A stretch of DNA of 64,000 nt from Eubacteriales bacterium (GTDB taxonomy: Bacteria; Bacillota; Clostridia; Oscillospirales; SIG627): the NCBI GenBank assembly GCA_045590615.1, contig JAZNRH010000099.1, positions 306 through 64,305 on the forward strand. The letters are read 5' to 3'. The translations under genes and the position numbers were made by a program. How positions within the stretch are numbered: the stretch's first letter is position 1; every line of letters begins with the position of its first letter. Positions 44,896 through 55,808 of this stretch are shown in pieces. The notes beneath the pieces are model-generated. The model worked only from the letters and a program-made list of their open reading frames with translations, was not told the DNA's origin and ran no database searches.

Positions 44896-46350
44896 ATGAA
44901 AAAGATTTTATTTGCAGGCTCTGAGGCAATGCCATTTGTGTCTACGGGTGGTCTGGGCGACGTACTCGGCTCTCTGCCCACTGCGCTTGCACAAAACGAA
45001 AATCTGGACGTAAGGGTGATTTTGCCCTTATATTCAGCTATCGACGAGCGATACAAAAAAGAAATGCAAAGTGTAGCGCAAATCAGCGTCAGGCTTTCGT
45101 GGAGAAGGCGCTTATGTGAAATCTACAGCCTCGAAAAAAACGGGGTAACCTACTATTTTATTGACGACGAATACTATTTTGCAAGAAGGGGCATCTACGG
45201 AGAATTCGATGACGGAGAGCGTTTTGCCTATTTTTCAATGGCAGTCATCGAGGCAATGTCGGCAATCAATTTTATTCCCGACGTGATGCACGCACACGAT
45301 TGGCAGAGCGCACTCTGTATCGTTTACCTCAATCACATTTACAAGAATAATCCCAGGTATCAAGGCGTAAAAACGATTTTTACCATTCACAATATCGAAT
45401 ACCAGGGCAAATACGAGCTTTCTATTCTGAAAGACGTTTTTTCACTCGGAGAAAATGAGCGCTCTCTTATGGAGCATAACGGCTGTATAAATCTGATGAA
45501 GGCAGCAATCGAGGACGCTGATATAGTAACAACCGTAAGCCCAAAGTATTCCGAAGAAATAAAAACTCCCGAATTTGCTCACGGTCTGCACGCAAGCCTC
45601 ACAAACAACGCTCATAAGCTCAGAGGAATACTCAACGGCATTGACTACAGCTACTACGACCCAAAAAATAACAAGGTGATTGCCGAAAACTATTCGTCGG
45701 CAAACACAAGTGGAAAGGCTGTCTGCAAGAGCGCTCTGCAAAAGGAGCTGGGGCTCGAGGTAAGAGAGAACGTGCCTGTGCTTGCAATTATCTCAAGACT
45801 CGCTCATCACAAGGGTGTTGATATTATCGAGGGTTGTATTCACGATATTTTATCAAGCCACGACGTTCAGCTTGTGATTCTGGGCAAGGGAGAGGAAAAA
45901 TACGAGCGATTCTTTTGCTGTCTGCAGGAATCGTTTCCCACAAAGGTAAGGGCTATGATTACCTACGACAGAGACTTTTCCAAAAGACTTTATTCAGCCT
46001 GCGATATTTTTCTTATGCCGTCGATAAGCGAGCCCTGTGGACTTTCGCAGATGATTGCCTCTCGCTATGGGGCGATACCCGTAGTTCGTGAAACGGGTGG
46101 CCTCTACGATTCAATCAAGCACTTCTGGCTCGACAAAAACAAAATCGTCGGCAACGGCTTTACCTTTGCGGGAACAAGCTCTGACGAGCTGAGAGGAAAA
46201 ATAGAAGAAGCTATTGCCTTATACCACGACAAAGAGCTTTTGAAAAGGCTTGTTTACAAGATAATGAGAACCGATTTCTCGTGGAAAAAATCGGCTATTG
46301 AATACGCTGATTTATATACTGCCATAACGGAGGATAAAAATGAACTATAG
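44896..46350 (+). CDS. glgA: Glycogen synthase
   Basis: MKKILFAGSEAMPFVSTGGLGDV, HAHDWQ, PSISEPCGLSQM. Start set at ATG 44896, since the longer ORF overlaps glgD. Confidence 0.95.
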   Translation: MKKILFAGSEAMPFVSTGGLGDVLGSLPTALAQNENLDVRVILPLYSAIDERYKKEMQSVAQISVRLSWRRRLCEIYSLEKNGVTYYFIDDEYYFARRGIYGEFDDGERFAYFSMAVIEAMSAINFIPDVMHAHDWQSALCIVYLNHIYKNNPRYQGVKTIFTIHNIEYQGKYELSILKDVFSLGENERSLMEHNGCINLMKAAIEDADIVTTVSPKYSEEIKTPEFAHGLHASLTNNAHKLRGILNGIDYSYYDPKNNKVIAENYSSANTSGKAVCKSALQKELGLEVRENVPVLAIISRLAHHKGVDIIEGCIHDILSSHDVQLVILGKGEEKYERFFCCLQESFPTKVRAMITYDRDFSKRLYSACDIFLMPSISEPCGLSQMIASRYGAIPVVRETGGLYDSIKHFWLDKNKIVGNGFTFAGTSSDELRGKIEEAIALYHDKELLKRLVYKIMRTDFSWKKSAIEYADLYTAITEDKNEL

Positions 46351-48769
46351 TCCAAACAAGGATGAAGTTAAAGCGCTTTTAGAGGGGGTTCTGCTCAGGC
46401 ATTTTGGGTGCAGTGCAAAAGAGGCGTCAAGCGAGCAAATGTACAAGGCTTGTGCCATAACCGTCAAGAACCTTTTGAGTGACAAGCGCTCGGAATACAA
46501 GAAAAAAGTAAATGAGGCAGGCGCAAAGCGAGTTTATTATATGTGTATGGAATTTCTCGTGGGGCGCAGTCTCAAAACCAATCTATGCAATTTAGGTCTT
46601 GATAAAGCCTACTCCGAGGCTCTTTCTTCGCTCGGCTTTGAGCTTGATGAGTTGTACGAATGCGAGCCCGATGCCGCCCTTGGCAACGGAGGGCTCGGCA
46701 GACTTGCAGCCTGCTTTATGGACTCGCTTTCAAGTCTCGATTACCCTGCTACAGGCTTTTCAATCTGCTACGAATACGGCCTTTTCCGTCAGATGATAGT
46801 CGATGGCATACAGCTTGAGCTTCCCGACGTTTGGCTGCCCGGTGGAGAGGTATGGCTGGTTCCGAGGACCGACAGAATTTACAAGGTCAGATTTGGTGGA
46901 AAAATTACTGAGGGCTGGAAAGACGGACATTGCGAAATAATATATCAGAATGCCGAGGAAATAGAAGCAGTACCCTACGATATGTTTATTTCAGGCGCTT
47001 CTTCTTCGGCAGTCAGCCAGCTCAGGCTATGGCGAGCAAGAGATATTCAGAACTTTAATATGGGACTTTTCACTCAAGGGCAGTACACTAAGGCGCTGGA
47101 AGAAAGCACTAACGCAGAAATTATTTCAAAGGTGCTCTACCCCTCCGACAATCACACCGAGGGCAAGCTGCTCAGACTCTCACAACAATATTTCCTCGTG
47201 TCAGCCTCGGTGCAAAGTATATTACGCGACCATATTGCAGTTTATAAAACCCTTGACAACCTAAGCGACAAGGTGGCAATTCACATCAACGACACGCACC
47301 CTGCCCTATGTATTCCCGAACTGATGAGAATACTCGTGGACGATTATTTTTATTCATGGGAAAGGGCTTGGGACATTGTTACAAAAACCGTATCGTATAC
47401 CAATCACACCGTTATGCCCGAGGCTCTTGAGGTATGGAACGAGGACTTGTTTGCCCTTAAGCTACCCCGTATTTACACGATTGTAAAGGAAATAAACGAA
47501 CGCTTCTGCCGTCGTGCCTGGGAGGTATTTACAGGTGATTGGGACAGAATATCAAGAATGAGTATCGTTGCAGACTCTCAAATCAGAATGGCAAATCTTT
47601 CGGTGGTGGCGTCTCATTCGGTCAACGGAGTATCAAGGCTGCACAGCTCTATTCTGAAAAAATCAACCTTCAACGATTTTTACAAGATGTACCCCGAGCG
47701 CTTTGACAACGTAACCAACGGTGTTGCGCACAGAAGGTGGCTATGCTACTCAAACCCTGCCCTCGCCTCTCTCATCGAGGACTGCATCGGCAGCGACTAC
47801 CGACACGAGCCCGAAAAGCTCGCAGAATTAAAGGAATTTGCAAACGACACTCAGGTACTCGACAGACTACGCGCAATAAAGCACGAAAACAAGGTAGCAT
47901 TTGCCGATTTAATATACAAAAAAACGGGGCGCGCCCTCAACACACACTCTATATTCGACGTGCAAATAAAGAGACTGCACGAATACAAAAGACAGTTGCT
48001 CAACGCTCTCAACATCATTGGCTTGTACCTTGACCTAAAGGACAATCCCGATACCGATATTCAGCCACAAACCTTTATATTCGGTGCAAAGGCGGCACCC
48101 GGCTACGATATGGCAAAGCGAATAATCAAGCTAATTTGCTGTCTCGGAAAGGACATAAGTGAAAATCCAAATGCCAAAATCCGAGAAAAGCTGTCGGTTG
48201 TATTCCTCGAGGACTATAACGTAAGCATGGCAGAGGCACTCATACCCTCGGCTGAAATAAGCGAACAGATTTCACTCGCAGGCAAGGAAGCAAGTGGTAC
48301 AGGCTGTATGAAGCTGATGCTCAACGGAGCATTGACAATCGGCACTCTCGACGGTGCTAACGTCGAAATGTGCGAGGCTGTAGGTAAAGAAAATATTTTT
48401 ATCTTCGGACTCAGTGCAAGCGAGGTTGAGGAATTGTGGCTGAGAGGCTATAATTCTGCCTCCTGCTATACCTCAAGCCCGAGGCTGACAAGAATTATAA
48501 ACGCTCTTTCAATAGGCTTTGCCGGAGAGAGCTTTGCTGATATTTCAGCTTACCTGCTGAACGCTCAGGGCGTTGCCGACCCTTATATGTGTCTTGCAGA
48601 TTTTGACTCCTACCACACCACGCACAAAACTATGACAGAAGCATACAAAAACAGAGAGTGGTGGTGTCGCGCATCTCTTATGAACGTTGCAAGCGCAGGA
48701 TATTTTTCGGCAGACAGAAGCATTGAGGAATATGCCGTACGGCTATGGAATTTGAAGAAGGTTAAATAA
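46340..48769 (+). CDS. glgP: Glycogen/maltodextrin phosphorylase
   Basis: LGNGGLGRLAACF, EASGTGCMKLMLNGALTIGTLDGANVE (PLP-lysine region). Confidence 0.95.
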   Translation: MNYSPNKDEVKALLEGVLLRHFGCSAKEASSEQMYKACAITVKNLLSDKRSEYKKKVNEAGAKRVYYMCMEFLVGRSLKTNLCNLGLDKAYSEALSSLGFELDELYECEPDAALGNGGLGRLAACFMDSLSSLDYPATGFSICYEYGLFRQMIVDGIQLELPDVWLPGGEVWLVPRTDRIYKVRFGGKITEGWKDGHCEIIYQNAEEIEAVPYDMFISGASSSAVSQLRLWRARDIQNFNMGLFTQGQYTKALEESTNAEIISKVLYPSDNHTEGKLLRLSQQYFLVSASVQSILRDHIAVYKTLDNLSDKVAIHINDTHPALCIPELMRILVDDYFYSWERAWDIVTKTVSYTNHTVMPEALEVWNEDLFALKLPRIYTIVKEINERFCRRAWEVFTGDWDRISRMSIVADSQIRMANLSVVASHSVNGVSRLHSSILKKSTFNDFYKMYPERFDNVTNGVAHRRWLCYSNPALASLIEDCIGSDYRHEPEKLAELKEFANDTQVLDRLRAIKHENKVAFADLIYKKTGRALNTHSIFDVQIKRLHEYKRQLLNALNIIGLYLDLKDNPDTDIQPQTFIFGAKAAPGYDMAKRIIKLICCLGKDISENPNAKIREKLSVVFLEDYNVSMAEALIPSAEISEQISLAGKEASGTGCMKLMLNGALTIGTLDGANVEMCEAVGKENIFIFGLSASEVEELWLRGYNSASCYTSSPRLTRIINALSIGFAGESFADISAYLLNAQGVADPYMCLADFDSYHTTHKTMTEAYKNREWWCRASLMNVASAGYFSADRSIEEYAVRLWNLKKVK

Positions 48770-48770
48770 A

Positions 48771-50591
48771 ATGCTGATTAAAAATCATATATTGCTCGAA
48801 AAAGAAGCAACGGTAACCCTGACAAAATATATTAACGGTAAAAAAACGGTGTTCGGCGCATTTCCCGAGAGCAGTAATATAAGCTTCTCGATTTCCCTAT
48901 CCCGAAGCCTTGGCGCATCGGGGGTAGTATTGAGACTGAATAAAGATGGGAAGGATTGCGCTGATATTCCGTTTACGTTTATTGGCGAAAGCCTCAGCCA
49001 AGACAGATATGAAGTGAGCATCAATGAAAAAACGGGACTGTATTTCTACGAAATTCTGCTGCTTCGTGGCAATCAAACGCTCTTTTTGTCAAGTATAAAC
49101 AATCACGATTTTATACTTCGGGAAGGGTCAGGAAAAAAATTCAGTCTCCTTTTTTACAAAAAAGACTTTTCTACACCAAAATGGGTAAAGGGTGGGATAA
49201 TATACCATATTTTCGTCGACCGTTTTTGCCGTGGAAAAGGAGAGTGTTTCCTTCACAGTGGCGAAATCAATGAGGATTGGGACAACGGAACACCTCAATT
49301 TGCCGAATCGGTGGGGGACTCTTTATCAAACGACGTCTTTTTCGGGGGCAATTTATGGGGTGTTGTGGAGAAGCTCGACTATCTCAAATCGCTCGGTGTC
49401 ACCATTATTTACCTCTCCCCGATTTTTGAAGCTCGCTCAAATCATCGCTACGATACAGGTGACTACGAAAAAATCGACTCTCTGTTAGGTGGCATAAAGG
49501 CGTTTGACACCCTTGTGAAAAAAGCTCACGAAAAAGGGATAAAAATAATCCTCGACGGTGTTTTCAACCACACGGGTAACGACAGCAAATACTTCAACGC
49601 CTTTGGAACCTACGACACTATTGGTGCTTGTCAATCCGAAAGCTCCCCCTATTTTGAATGGTATAACTTCACGCAATTCCCCATCGCCTACGAATCGTGG
49701 TGGGGAATTAAAATAATGCCTCGCCTCATGCACGAAAATCCCTCCTGCCGTAGCTACTTTACAGGAAAAAACGGCATAATAGAGCATTGGCTGAAATCGG
49801 GAGCAGACGGCTGGAGGCTCGACGTTGCAGACGAGCTTTGCGACGAATTCCTTGTCGAATTGAATATGCGTGCAAAAAGCACAAAAGACTCTTTTGTCAT
49901 CGGTGAGGTATGGGAAAACGCTGTGCTGAAGACGGCTTACGGAAAACGGCGCCGATATTTTTGGGGAAATGAATTAGATAGCGTTATGAATTATCCCCTG
50001 AGAAACGCAATTCTCTCACTGTTGATAGACAAGGACAGCGAATGCTTTTACAACACCGTCACCGAAATATATTCGTCCTACCCTGAGCCTGTGCTCCATT
50101 CTCTTATGAATATTATTTCCACCCACGATACCGAGCGCATTACAACGCTTCTCGGTGACGGGGGTGAAGGTATAGGAAAAAACAACACAGAGCTGTCTAT
50201 GATGAGGCTCACCGACGAAAAACGAAGGCATGCAATTAAAATGCTAAGGCTCGCCTCTCTCATTCAGTTTACTGTCTTCGGGCTTCCGTCAATCTACTAC
50301 GGAGACGAGACGGGACTCGAGGGCTATCGCGACCCTTTTTCTCGCATGCCGTTTCCCTGGAAGAAGAGAGACAAAGAGCTTTTCGCTCACTATACTTTTC
50401 TCGCCTCTCTCAGAGAAAAATACGATTGCCTCAAAAGTGGTCATTTTCGCTTTTTATATCACGAAAACGGAGTGGTCGGCTACGAGAGAAAAAGCAAAAA
50501 GGACTCTCTCAGAATATGGATAAACTCACAAAACCAAGACATTTTTATTAATAATATGAAAATTGATGGAAATTCCTTCAAGATTATTTGA
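48771..50591 (+). CDS. GH13 alpha-amylase-family enzyme (neopullulanase / cyclomaltodextrinase / debranching-like)
   Basis: GH13 regions I-IV: DGVFNHTG, GWRLDVADE, GEVWE, STHDTER. Confidence 0.85.
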   Translation: MLIKNHILLEKEATVTLTKYINGKKTVFGAFPESSNISFSISLSRSLGASGVVLRLNKDGKDCADIPFTFIGESLSQDRYEVSINEKTGLYFYEILLLRGNQTLFLSSINNHDFILREGSGKKFSLLFYKKDFSTPKWVKGGIIYHIFVDRFCRGKGECFLHSGEINEDWDNGTPQFAESVGDSLSNDVFFGGNLWGVVEKLDYLKSLGVTIIYLSPIFEARSNHRYDTGDYEKIDSLLGGIKAFDTLVKKAHEKGIKIILDGVFNHTGNDSKYFNAFGTYDTIGACQSESSPYFEWYNFTQFPIAYESWWGIKIMPRLMHENPSCRSYFTGKNGIIEHWLKSGADGWRLDVADELCDEFLVELNMRAKSTKDSFVIGEVWENAVLKTAYGKRRRYFWGNELDSVMNYPLRNAILSLLIDKDSECFYNTVTEIYSSYPEPVLHSLMNIISTHDTERITTLLGDGGEGIGKNNTELSMMRLTDEKRRHAIKMLRLASLIQFTVFGLPSIYYGDETGLEGYRDPFSRMPFPWKKRDKELFAHYTFLASLREKYDCLKSGHFRFLYHENGVVGYERKSKKDSLRIWINSQNQDIFINNMKIDGNSFKII

Positions 50592-50599
50592 AATAACAC

Positions 50600-50628
50600 T
50601 TTACAAATTTCATTTTTTAGGTTACAAT
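50600..50628 (+). promoter_or_regulatory. Candidate sigma-A promoter for the pyrH-to-polC block
   Basis: TTTACA (50600-50605), 17 nt, TACAAT (50623-50628). Confidence 0.45.
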
Positions 50629-50667
50629 GTAAGGTAGTAATCGTTGAAAAAATGTGAGGTTGAAAAA

Positions 50668-51432
50668 ATGACGGCTAAATTCAAAAGAGTTTTAATCAAG
50701 CTGTCGGGGGAGGCAATATACGGAAACGAAATTGCCGAATATACCACCGACAAAAACGGAGAAAAAACAGTCAAAAGTGTTCCCATAATTGACAGAGCTA
50801 AGCTTGACGGAATCAGCGAACAGATTAAGAAGGTCACAGAGCTTGGCGTTGAGGTTGCAATCGTAATTGGTGGTGGAAACATCTGGCGAGGCGGAAGGCT
50901 TGGCGAAGGCTTCGACAGAACGAGAGCAGACCATATGGGTATGCTTGCAACCGTCATAAATTCTATTGCGCTTTCGGAAACGCTTGAGGGCGTTGGCGTT
51001 CAGACTCGCGTTATGTCCTCGGTGGAAATGCCACAGTTTGCCGAAAGCTACATAAAATCCCGTGCAGTTCATCACCTTGAAAAGAAAAGAGTCGTAATTT
51101 TTGCAGGTGGCTCGGGTATCTCACACATGACAACCGATACAACCTCTGTGCTTCGTGGAGTTGAAATCGGTGCCGACGTGGTTATGCTTGCAAAGAACAT
51201 TGATGCAATCTATACTGCCGACCCGAGACTCGATCCGAGCGCAGTAAGAATTCCGAAAATTGATTATAGCGAAATTCTTGCAAAGGGACTCAAGGCAATC
51301 GACGCAACAGCGACAGCCTATGCTATGGAAAACGGAATGCCCCTGCTCCTCTTCGGACTTGATCAGCCCGAAAACATCGTCTCAGCGATTTGTGGTGGCG
51401 AAACAGGTACTATTGTAGAAAAATTAAACTGA
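50668..51432 (+). CDS. pyrH: UMP kinase
   Basis: KRVLIKLSGEA, VIGGGNIWRG, DHMGMLATVINS. Start at ATG 50668 with GAGG RBS. Confidence 0.95.
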   Translation: MTAKFKRVLIKLSGEAIYGNEIAEYTTDKNGEKTVKSVPIIDRAKLDGISEQIKKVTELGVEVAIVIGGGNIWRGGRLGEGFDRTRADHMGMLATVINSIALSETLEGVGVQTRVMSSVEMPQFAESYIKSRAVHHLEKKRVVIFAGGSGISHMTTDTTSVLRGVEIGADVVMLAKNIDAIYTADPRLDPSAVRIPKIDYSEILAKGLKAIDATATAYAMENGMPLLLFGLDQPENIVSAICGGETGTIVEKLN

Positions 51433-51449
51433 TTGAAAGGAATAAAAAT

Positions 51450-52004
51450 ATGAAAGCTAACCTTAAAGAATTTGAAGAAAAAATGCAAAAATCCTGCGCT
51501 TCACTCGAAACCGAATTGAAGTCTATCAGAGTAGGTCGCGCAAGCGCAGCCGTACTCGACAAGATTACCGTTGATTACTACGGCTCTGCAACTCCCATCA
51601 ACCAGATTGCAGCTATCTCGACAACAGATGCAAGAACTCTTGTAATCACTCCCTGGGATGCATCTACCGTTAAGGAAATTGAAAAGGCAATCCTTGCCTC
51701 TGACCTCGGTATCAACCCTCAGAACGACGGTAAAATCATCCGTCTCACCTTCCCTTCTCTGACAGAGGAGCGCAGAAAAGAGGTTTCAAAACAGGTTGCA
51801 AAATGTGGTGAAGACTCTAAGGTTGCAATCCGTAACATCCGTCGCGATGCAAACGATTTCCTCAAGAATGAAAAGAAGGCTGGCAATCTCACAGAGGACG
51901 AGGCAAAGGCAGGAGAAAAGGACGCTCAGGACCTTACCGACAAGTACATCAAGAATATTGATGCCCTCGTAGCAGCAAAAACTCAAGAGGTAATGGAAAT
52001 CTAA
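51450..52004 (+). CDS. frr: Ribosome recycling factor
   Basis: LKSIRVGRASAAVLD, ITPWD, LTEERRKE, IRNIRRDAND. Confidence 0.95.
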   Translation: MKANLKEFEEKMQKSCASLETELKSIRVGRASAAVLDKITVDYYGSATPINQIAAISTTDARTLVITPWDASTVKEIEKAILASDLGINPQNDGKIIRLTFPSLTEERRKEVSKQVAKCGEDSKVAIRNIRRDANDFLKNEKKAGNLTEDEAKAGEKDAQDLTDKYIKNIDALVAAKTQEVMEI

Positions 52005-52747
52005 TGAGCCTCTTCTCATTAAGAAAAAAAGACGTTAAAAGTGGCGGACAGCAACCGCCACTTCGTCATATAGGATTTATCATGGATGGAAACGGAAGAT
52101 GGGCTACTTCGAGAGGTCTCCCTCGTGAAGCAGGACATTCTTCAGGGGCAGCCACCTTCCGAAAAATTGTGGAGTACTGTATAGAACGTGATATTGAATA
52201 CGTGACGGTATATGCCTTTTCAACGGAAAACTGGAAGCGTCCCCAAGCTGAAATTGACGGCATAATGAAGCTGCTCGTAGAATATCTGCATGACGGATTG
52301 GCAAATCCGCATAAGCGAAACTCAAGGGTGAGATTTTTAGGAGATATTTCTTGCTTTTCGCCCGAAATCCAAAAGCTTATGGCAGACATCGTGGAAAAGT
52401 CAAAGGACTATCCTCACGCCCTTAACATAGCTTTGAACTACGGTGGCAGAGACGATATTGTCCACGCAGTAAACTCACTTGTTTCAGAGGGAAAAACCAA
52501 CATTACCGAGGAGGATATTTCATCTCATCTCTACACCTCGGGACAACCCGACCCCGATTTGATTGTACGAACGGGTGGCGAGTGGAGACTGTCCAACTTT
52601 CTCACCTGGCAATCGACCTATTCGGAGCTCTATTTCACAAAAACTCTCTGGCCCGATATGAAAGAAAAAGACGTTGACGAGGCACTTGATTTCTTTGCAA
52701 AGCGTCAAAGACGCTTTGGCGACGTAAAAAGCAGGAGCGTAAAATGA
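52004..52747 (+). CDS. uppS: Isoprenyl transferase (undecaprenyl diphosphate synthase)
   Basis: HIGFIMDGNGRWA, YAFSTENWKRP, RTGGEWRLSNFLTWQSTYSELYF. Confidence 0.95.
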   Translation: MSLFSLRKKDVKSGGQQPPLRHIGFIMDGNGRWATSRGLPREAGHSSGAATFRKIVEYCIERDIEYVTVYAFSTENWKRPQAEIDGIMKLLVEYLHDGLANPHKRNSRVRFLGDISCFSPEIQKLMADIVEKSKDYPHALNIALNYGGRDDIVHAVNSLVSEGKTNITEEDISSHLYTSGQPDPDLIVRTGGEWRLSNFLTWQSTYSELYFTKTLWPDMKEKDVDEALDFFAKRQRRFGDVKSRSVK

Positions 52748-53547
52748 AAACAAGAATTATAACAGCCATTGTGGCTCTTCTCATTTTTGTACCAATACTT
52801 ATTTTTGCAGATACTGCTCTTTTTGGAACGGTAAAGCTGCTCAATTTGGCTATCGCCGTCCTTTCGGCTGTCGGAGCTTATGAGGCAATAAAGTGCGTTG
52901 GAGAAAAAGCTTTAATCGTCAGACTTCCCGTAGTTATAACAGCATTCATTCTCCCCTTACTGACGGTAGACACTCTCAACGCTTACACAAGTGCTTTTAT
53001 ATTGCTTCTCTTTCTCCTTCTCTTTGTAGGGGTACTCAAGAACAGAAACGTAAAATGCGACAGCGTTCTTACAGCCTTTGCCCTCACCTTCTACGTGACG
53101 GCATCCTTTGGCTCGATTATCATTCTTTATAACAACGCTATCAAGCTGTTCCCACTCATTTTTATCGGTGCTTGGGTAACCGATACCTTTGCATATTTTT
53201 CGGGCTACTTTTTTGGAAAGCGCAAGCTTATTCCCGAGGTCAGCCCAAAGAAAACCGTTGAAGGCGCAATAGGCGGCTCGCTTGCTACTACCATCGTATA
53301 CGGTGTTTATGCGTGGTTTGTAACCAAAGATATCACGCTCACAATAATTCTCACCCTCGTTGGTCTTATAGCAAGCATCGTTTCTCAGCTCGGGGACCTT
53401 TCGGCATCCCTGATAAAGAGACATTGGAGTATCAAGGACTACGGAAATCTATTCCCCGGACACGGTGGGGTGCTTGACAGATTTGACAGCATTTTAGCCG
53501 TATCGGCATTTCTCTACTGTGTATCTCTGTTTTTGAAGCTTAATTAA
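52744..53547 (+). CDS. cdsA: Phosphatidate cytidylyltransferase
   Basis: Multi-TM protein with the CTP-transferase signature SLIKRHWSIKDYGNLFPGHGGVLDRFDS. Confidence 0.9.
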   Translation: MKTRIITAIVALLIFVPILIFADTALFGTVKLLNLAIAVLSAVGAYEAIKCVGEKALIVRLPVVITAFILPLLTVDTLNAYTSAFILLLFLLLFVGVLKNRNVKCDSVLTAFALTFYVTASFGSIIILYNNAIKLFPLIFIGAWVTDTFAYFSGYFFGKRKLIPEVSPKKTVEGAIGGSLATTIVYGVYAWFVTKDITLTIILTLVGLIASIVSQLGDLSASLIKRHWSIKDYGNLFPGHGGVLDRFDSILAVSAFLYCVSLFLKLN

Positions 53548-53559
53548 TTTGGTGAGAAA

Positions 53560-54717
53560 ATGAAAAAACTTGCATTACTTGGTTCGACGGGCTCAATCGG
53601 CAGACAGACGATTGAGGTCGCTCGTGAAAAAGGAATAAAAATCACAGCCCTTGCAGCTCACTCAAGCATAGGACTGCTCGAGGAACAAATCAGGGAATTC
53701 AAGCCATCTCTCGTTGCAGTCGTTGACGAGTCGGCAGGAAATGAATTGAAAATCAAGGTTTCCGACACCGACACCAAGGTGTTGATTGGCGAAGAGGCTG
53801 TTACAAAGGTTGCCGAAGAGTCGGATGCCGATATTCTTCTCAACTCTCTGATGGGCAGATGTGGAATAAGACCGACTGTCGCCGCAATTCGTTCGGGCAA
53901 GGATATTGCAATGGCGAATAAAGAGCCGTTGGTGGCAGCAGGTGACATAATTCTTGACGAGGTAAAGAGGGCAGGCGTCAGACTGTTGCCCGTTGACAGC
54001 GAGCATTCGGCTATTTTTCAATGCCTCGACAACGCTCACAACTCACCTGAATTTATAAAAAGACTGATTATAACGGCATCGGGTGGTCCTTTCTATAATA
54101 AAACGAAAAAGGACTTGGAAAAGGTAACTCTTGCCGATGCGCTCAATCACCCGACCTGGTCTATGGGCGCAAAAATTACGGTAGACTCGGCAAGCCTTAT
54201 GAACAAGGGCCTTGAAGTAATTGAGGCTGTAAGACTTTTTGGAGTCCCTGCCGATAAAATTGACGTCACTGTACACAGGCAGAGCATCGTTCATTCTATG
54301 GTGGAATTCGTGGATTCGTCAATCCTTGCTCAGCTTGGAAATCCCGATATGAAGCATTGTATCGCATTCGCACTCACCTATCCTCAAAGAAAAGAAGCTT
54401 TATGCAAGCCTCTTGATTTCACAAAGGCGTTTTCTCTCACCTTTGACAAGCCCGACGAGGAAACCTTTACCCTTCTGCCTCTTGCTCGCAGGGCAGTTAC
54501 TATGGGTGGAAACGCTCCTGCAATTATGAATAGTGCAAACGAAGAAGCAGTTGCGTTATTCCTTAAAGAAAAAATTCGTTTTATAGATATATTCACGCTT
54601 GTAGAAGATGCTGTACGCTGTCTTCCACACACCGAAGCAATAACACTTAATTCACTTGAAGAAGACGACCTTTTATCCCGTGACTTCGTGAGAAAAAGCG
54701 TTGGAATAAAGGATTAA
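53560..54717 (+). CDS. dxr: 1-deoxy-D-xylulose 5-phosphate reductoisomerase
   Basis: LGSTGSIG, ANKE, PVDSEHSAIFQC, HPTWSMG, NKGLEVIEA. Confidence 0.95.
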   Translation: MKKLALLGSTGSIGRQTIEVAREKGIKITALAAHSSIGLLEEQIREFKPSLVAVVDESAGNELKIKVSDTDTKVLIGEEAVTKVAEESDADILLNSLMGRCGIRPTVAAIRSGKDIAMANKEPLVAAGDIILDEVKRAGVRLLPVDSEHSAIFQCLDNAHNSPEFIKRLIITASGGPFYNKTKKDLEKVTLADALNHPTWSMGAKITVDSASLMNKGLEVIEAVRLFGVPADKIDVTVHRQSIVHSMVEFVDSSILAQLGNPDMKHCIAFALTYPQRKEALCKPLDFTKAFSLTFDKPDEETFTLLPLARRAVTMGGNAPAIMNSANEEAVALFLKEKIRFIDIFTLVEDAVRCLPHTEAITLNSLEEDDLLSRDFVRKSVGIKD

Positions 54718-54763
54718 AAAACACATAAACTAATCTCAACGTCAGTTTTTACGGAGGTTTACA

Positions 54764-55804
54764 ATGTTCTGGAAAATACTATTGGCAGTTCTCTTTTTTG
54801 GATTTCTCATTCTCTCTCACGAATTCGGGCACTTCATTACGGCAAGAATGTTCAAGGTTGGAGTTAACGAATTTTCAATCGGTATGGGACCAAAGCTGTT
54901 TTCAAAGGTCAGCAAAAAAACGGGAACGGCATATTCTCTCAGAGCTCTGCCAATCGGTGGCTTTGTCAGCCTCGTTGGCGAGGATGAAAACGTAGACAGC
55001 GAGAATTCACTTTCAAAAAAACCGTGGTGGCAAAGATTTATCGTACTTATTGCAGGCTCTTTTATGAATATTCTCACAGCTGTGGTCGTAATGTTCATTC
55101 TTCTTTCGCTCTCCCCCTTCTATCCCACGACCTATATTGCCGACCGTGAGGGTTACTCGGTAATCGAGGATTCTGTGCTCTCGGAATACGGAGTTCAGGA
55201 TATGGACAAAATCGTCGAAATTGACGGTGAAAAAATGAACGTATGGCAGGACATTTCCTACAAGATTATGTCCGACGGAATTGAGCCTCTTGATATTACA
55301 ATCGAACGCAACGGTGAAAAAATAGTACTTGAGGACGTAGTGTTCAAAACCGAAACGGTAGAAGGACTTTTATGTGGAGTAGTTGATTTTGCCCCTCTGT
55401 ACACAGAAAGAAGCTTTAGCTCTCTTGTAAAGGAGGCTATATTCCAATCTTTCTCCACCGTCAAGATGATTATTACCTCGCTTACCGACCTTATCACCGG
55501 AAGGTACGGACTTGAGGCAGTATCAGGGCCTGTGGGTACGGTTCAGGTAATAGCAGAAAGCGCAAGCCAGGGTATAAAGACGATGCTCTATCTCTTCGTG
55601 TTCATAAGTATGAACCTTGGCGTTTTCAATCTTCTGCCCTTTCCTGCCCTCGACGGAGGCAGACTCGTATTCGTAATAATTGAGGCGATAAGAGGAAAGC
55701 CCATCAAGCCCGAAAAGGAAGGTCTCGTACACGCAATAGGTATGGCAATTCTACTTGCATTTATGGCTGTTGTGCTTGTAAGCGACATTATAAAGCTGGT
55801 GTAA
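54764..55804 (+). CDS. rseP: RIP zinc metalloprotease RseP/RasP (M50 with PDZ)
   Basis: HEFGHFITARMF, central PDZ-like region, NLLPFPALDGG. Confidence 0.9.
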   Translation: MFWKILLAVLFFGFLILSHEFGHFITARMFKVGVNEFSIGMGPKLFSKVSKKTGTAYSLRALPIGGFVSLVGEDENVDSENSLSKKPWWQRFIVLIAGSFMNILTAVVVMFILLSLSPFYPTTYIADREGYSVIEDSVLSEYGVQDMDKIVEIDGEKMNVWQDISYKIMSDGIEPLDITIERNGEKIVLEDVVFKTETVEGLLCGVVDFAPLYTERSFSSLVKEAIFQSFSTVKMIITSLTDLITGRYGLEAVSGPVGTVQVIAESASQGIKTMLYLFVFISMNLGVFNLLPFPALDGGRLVFVIIEAIRGKPIKPEKEGLVHAIGMAILLAFMAVVLVSDIIKLV

Positions 55805-55808
55805 AATT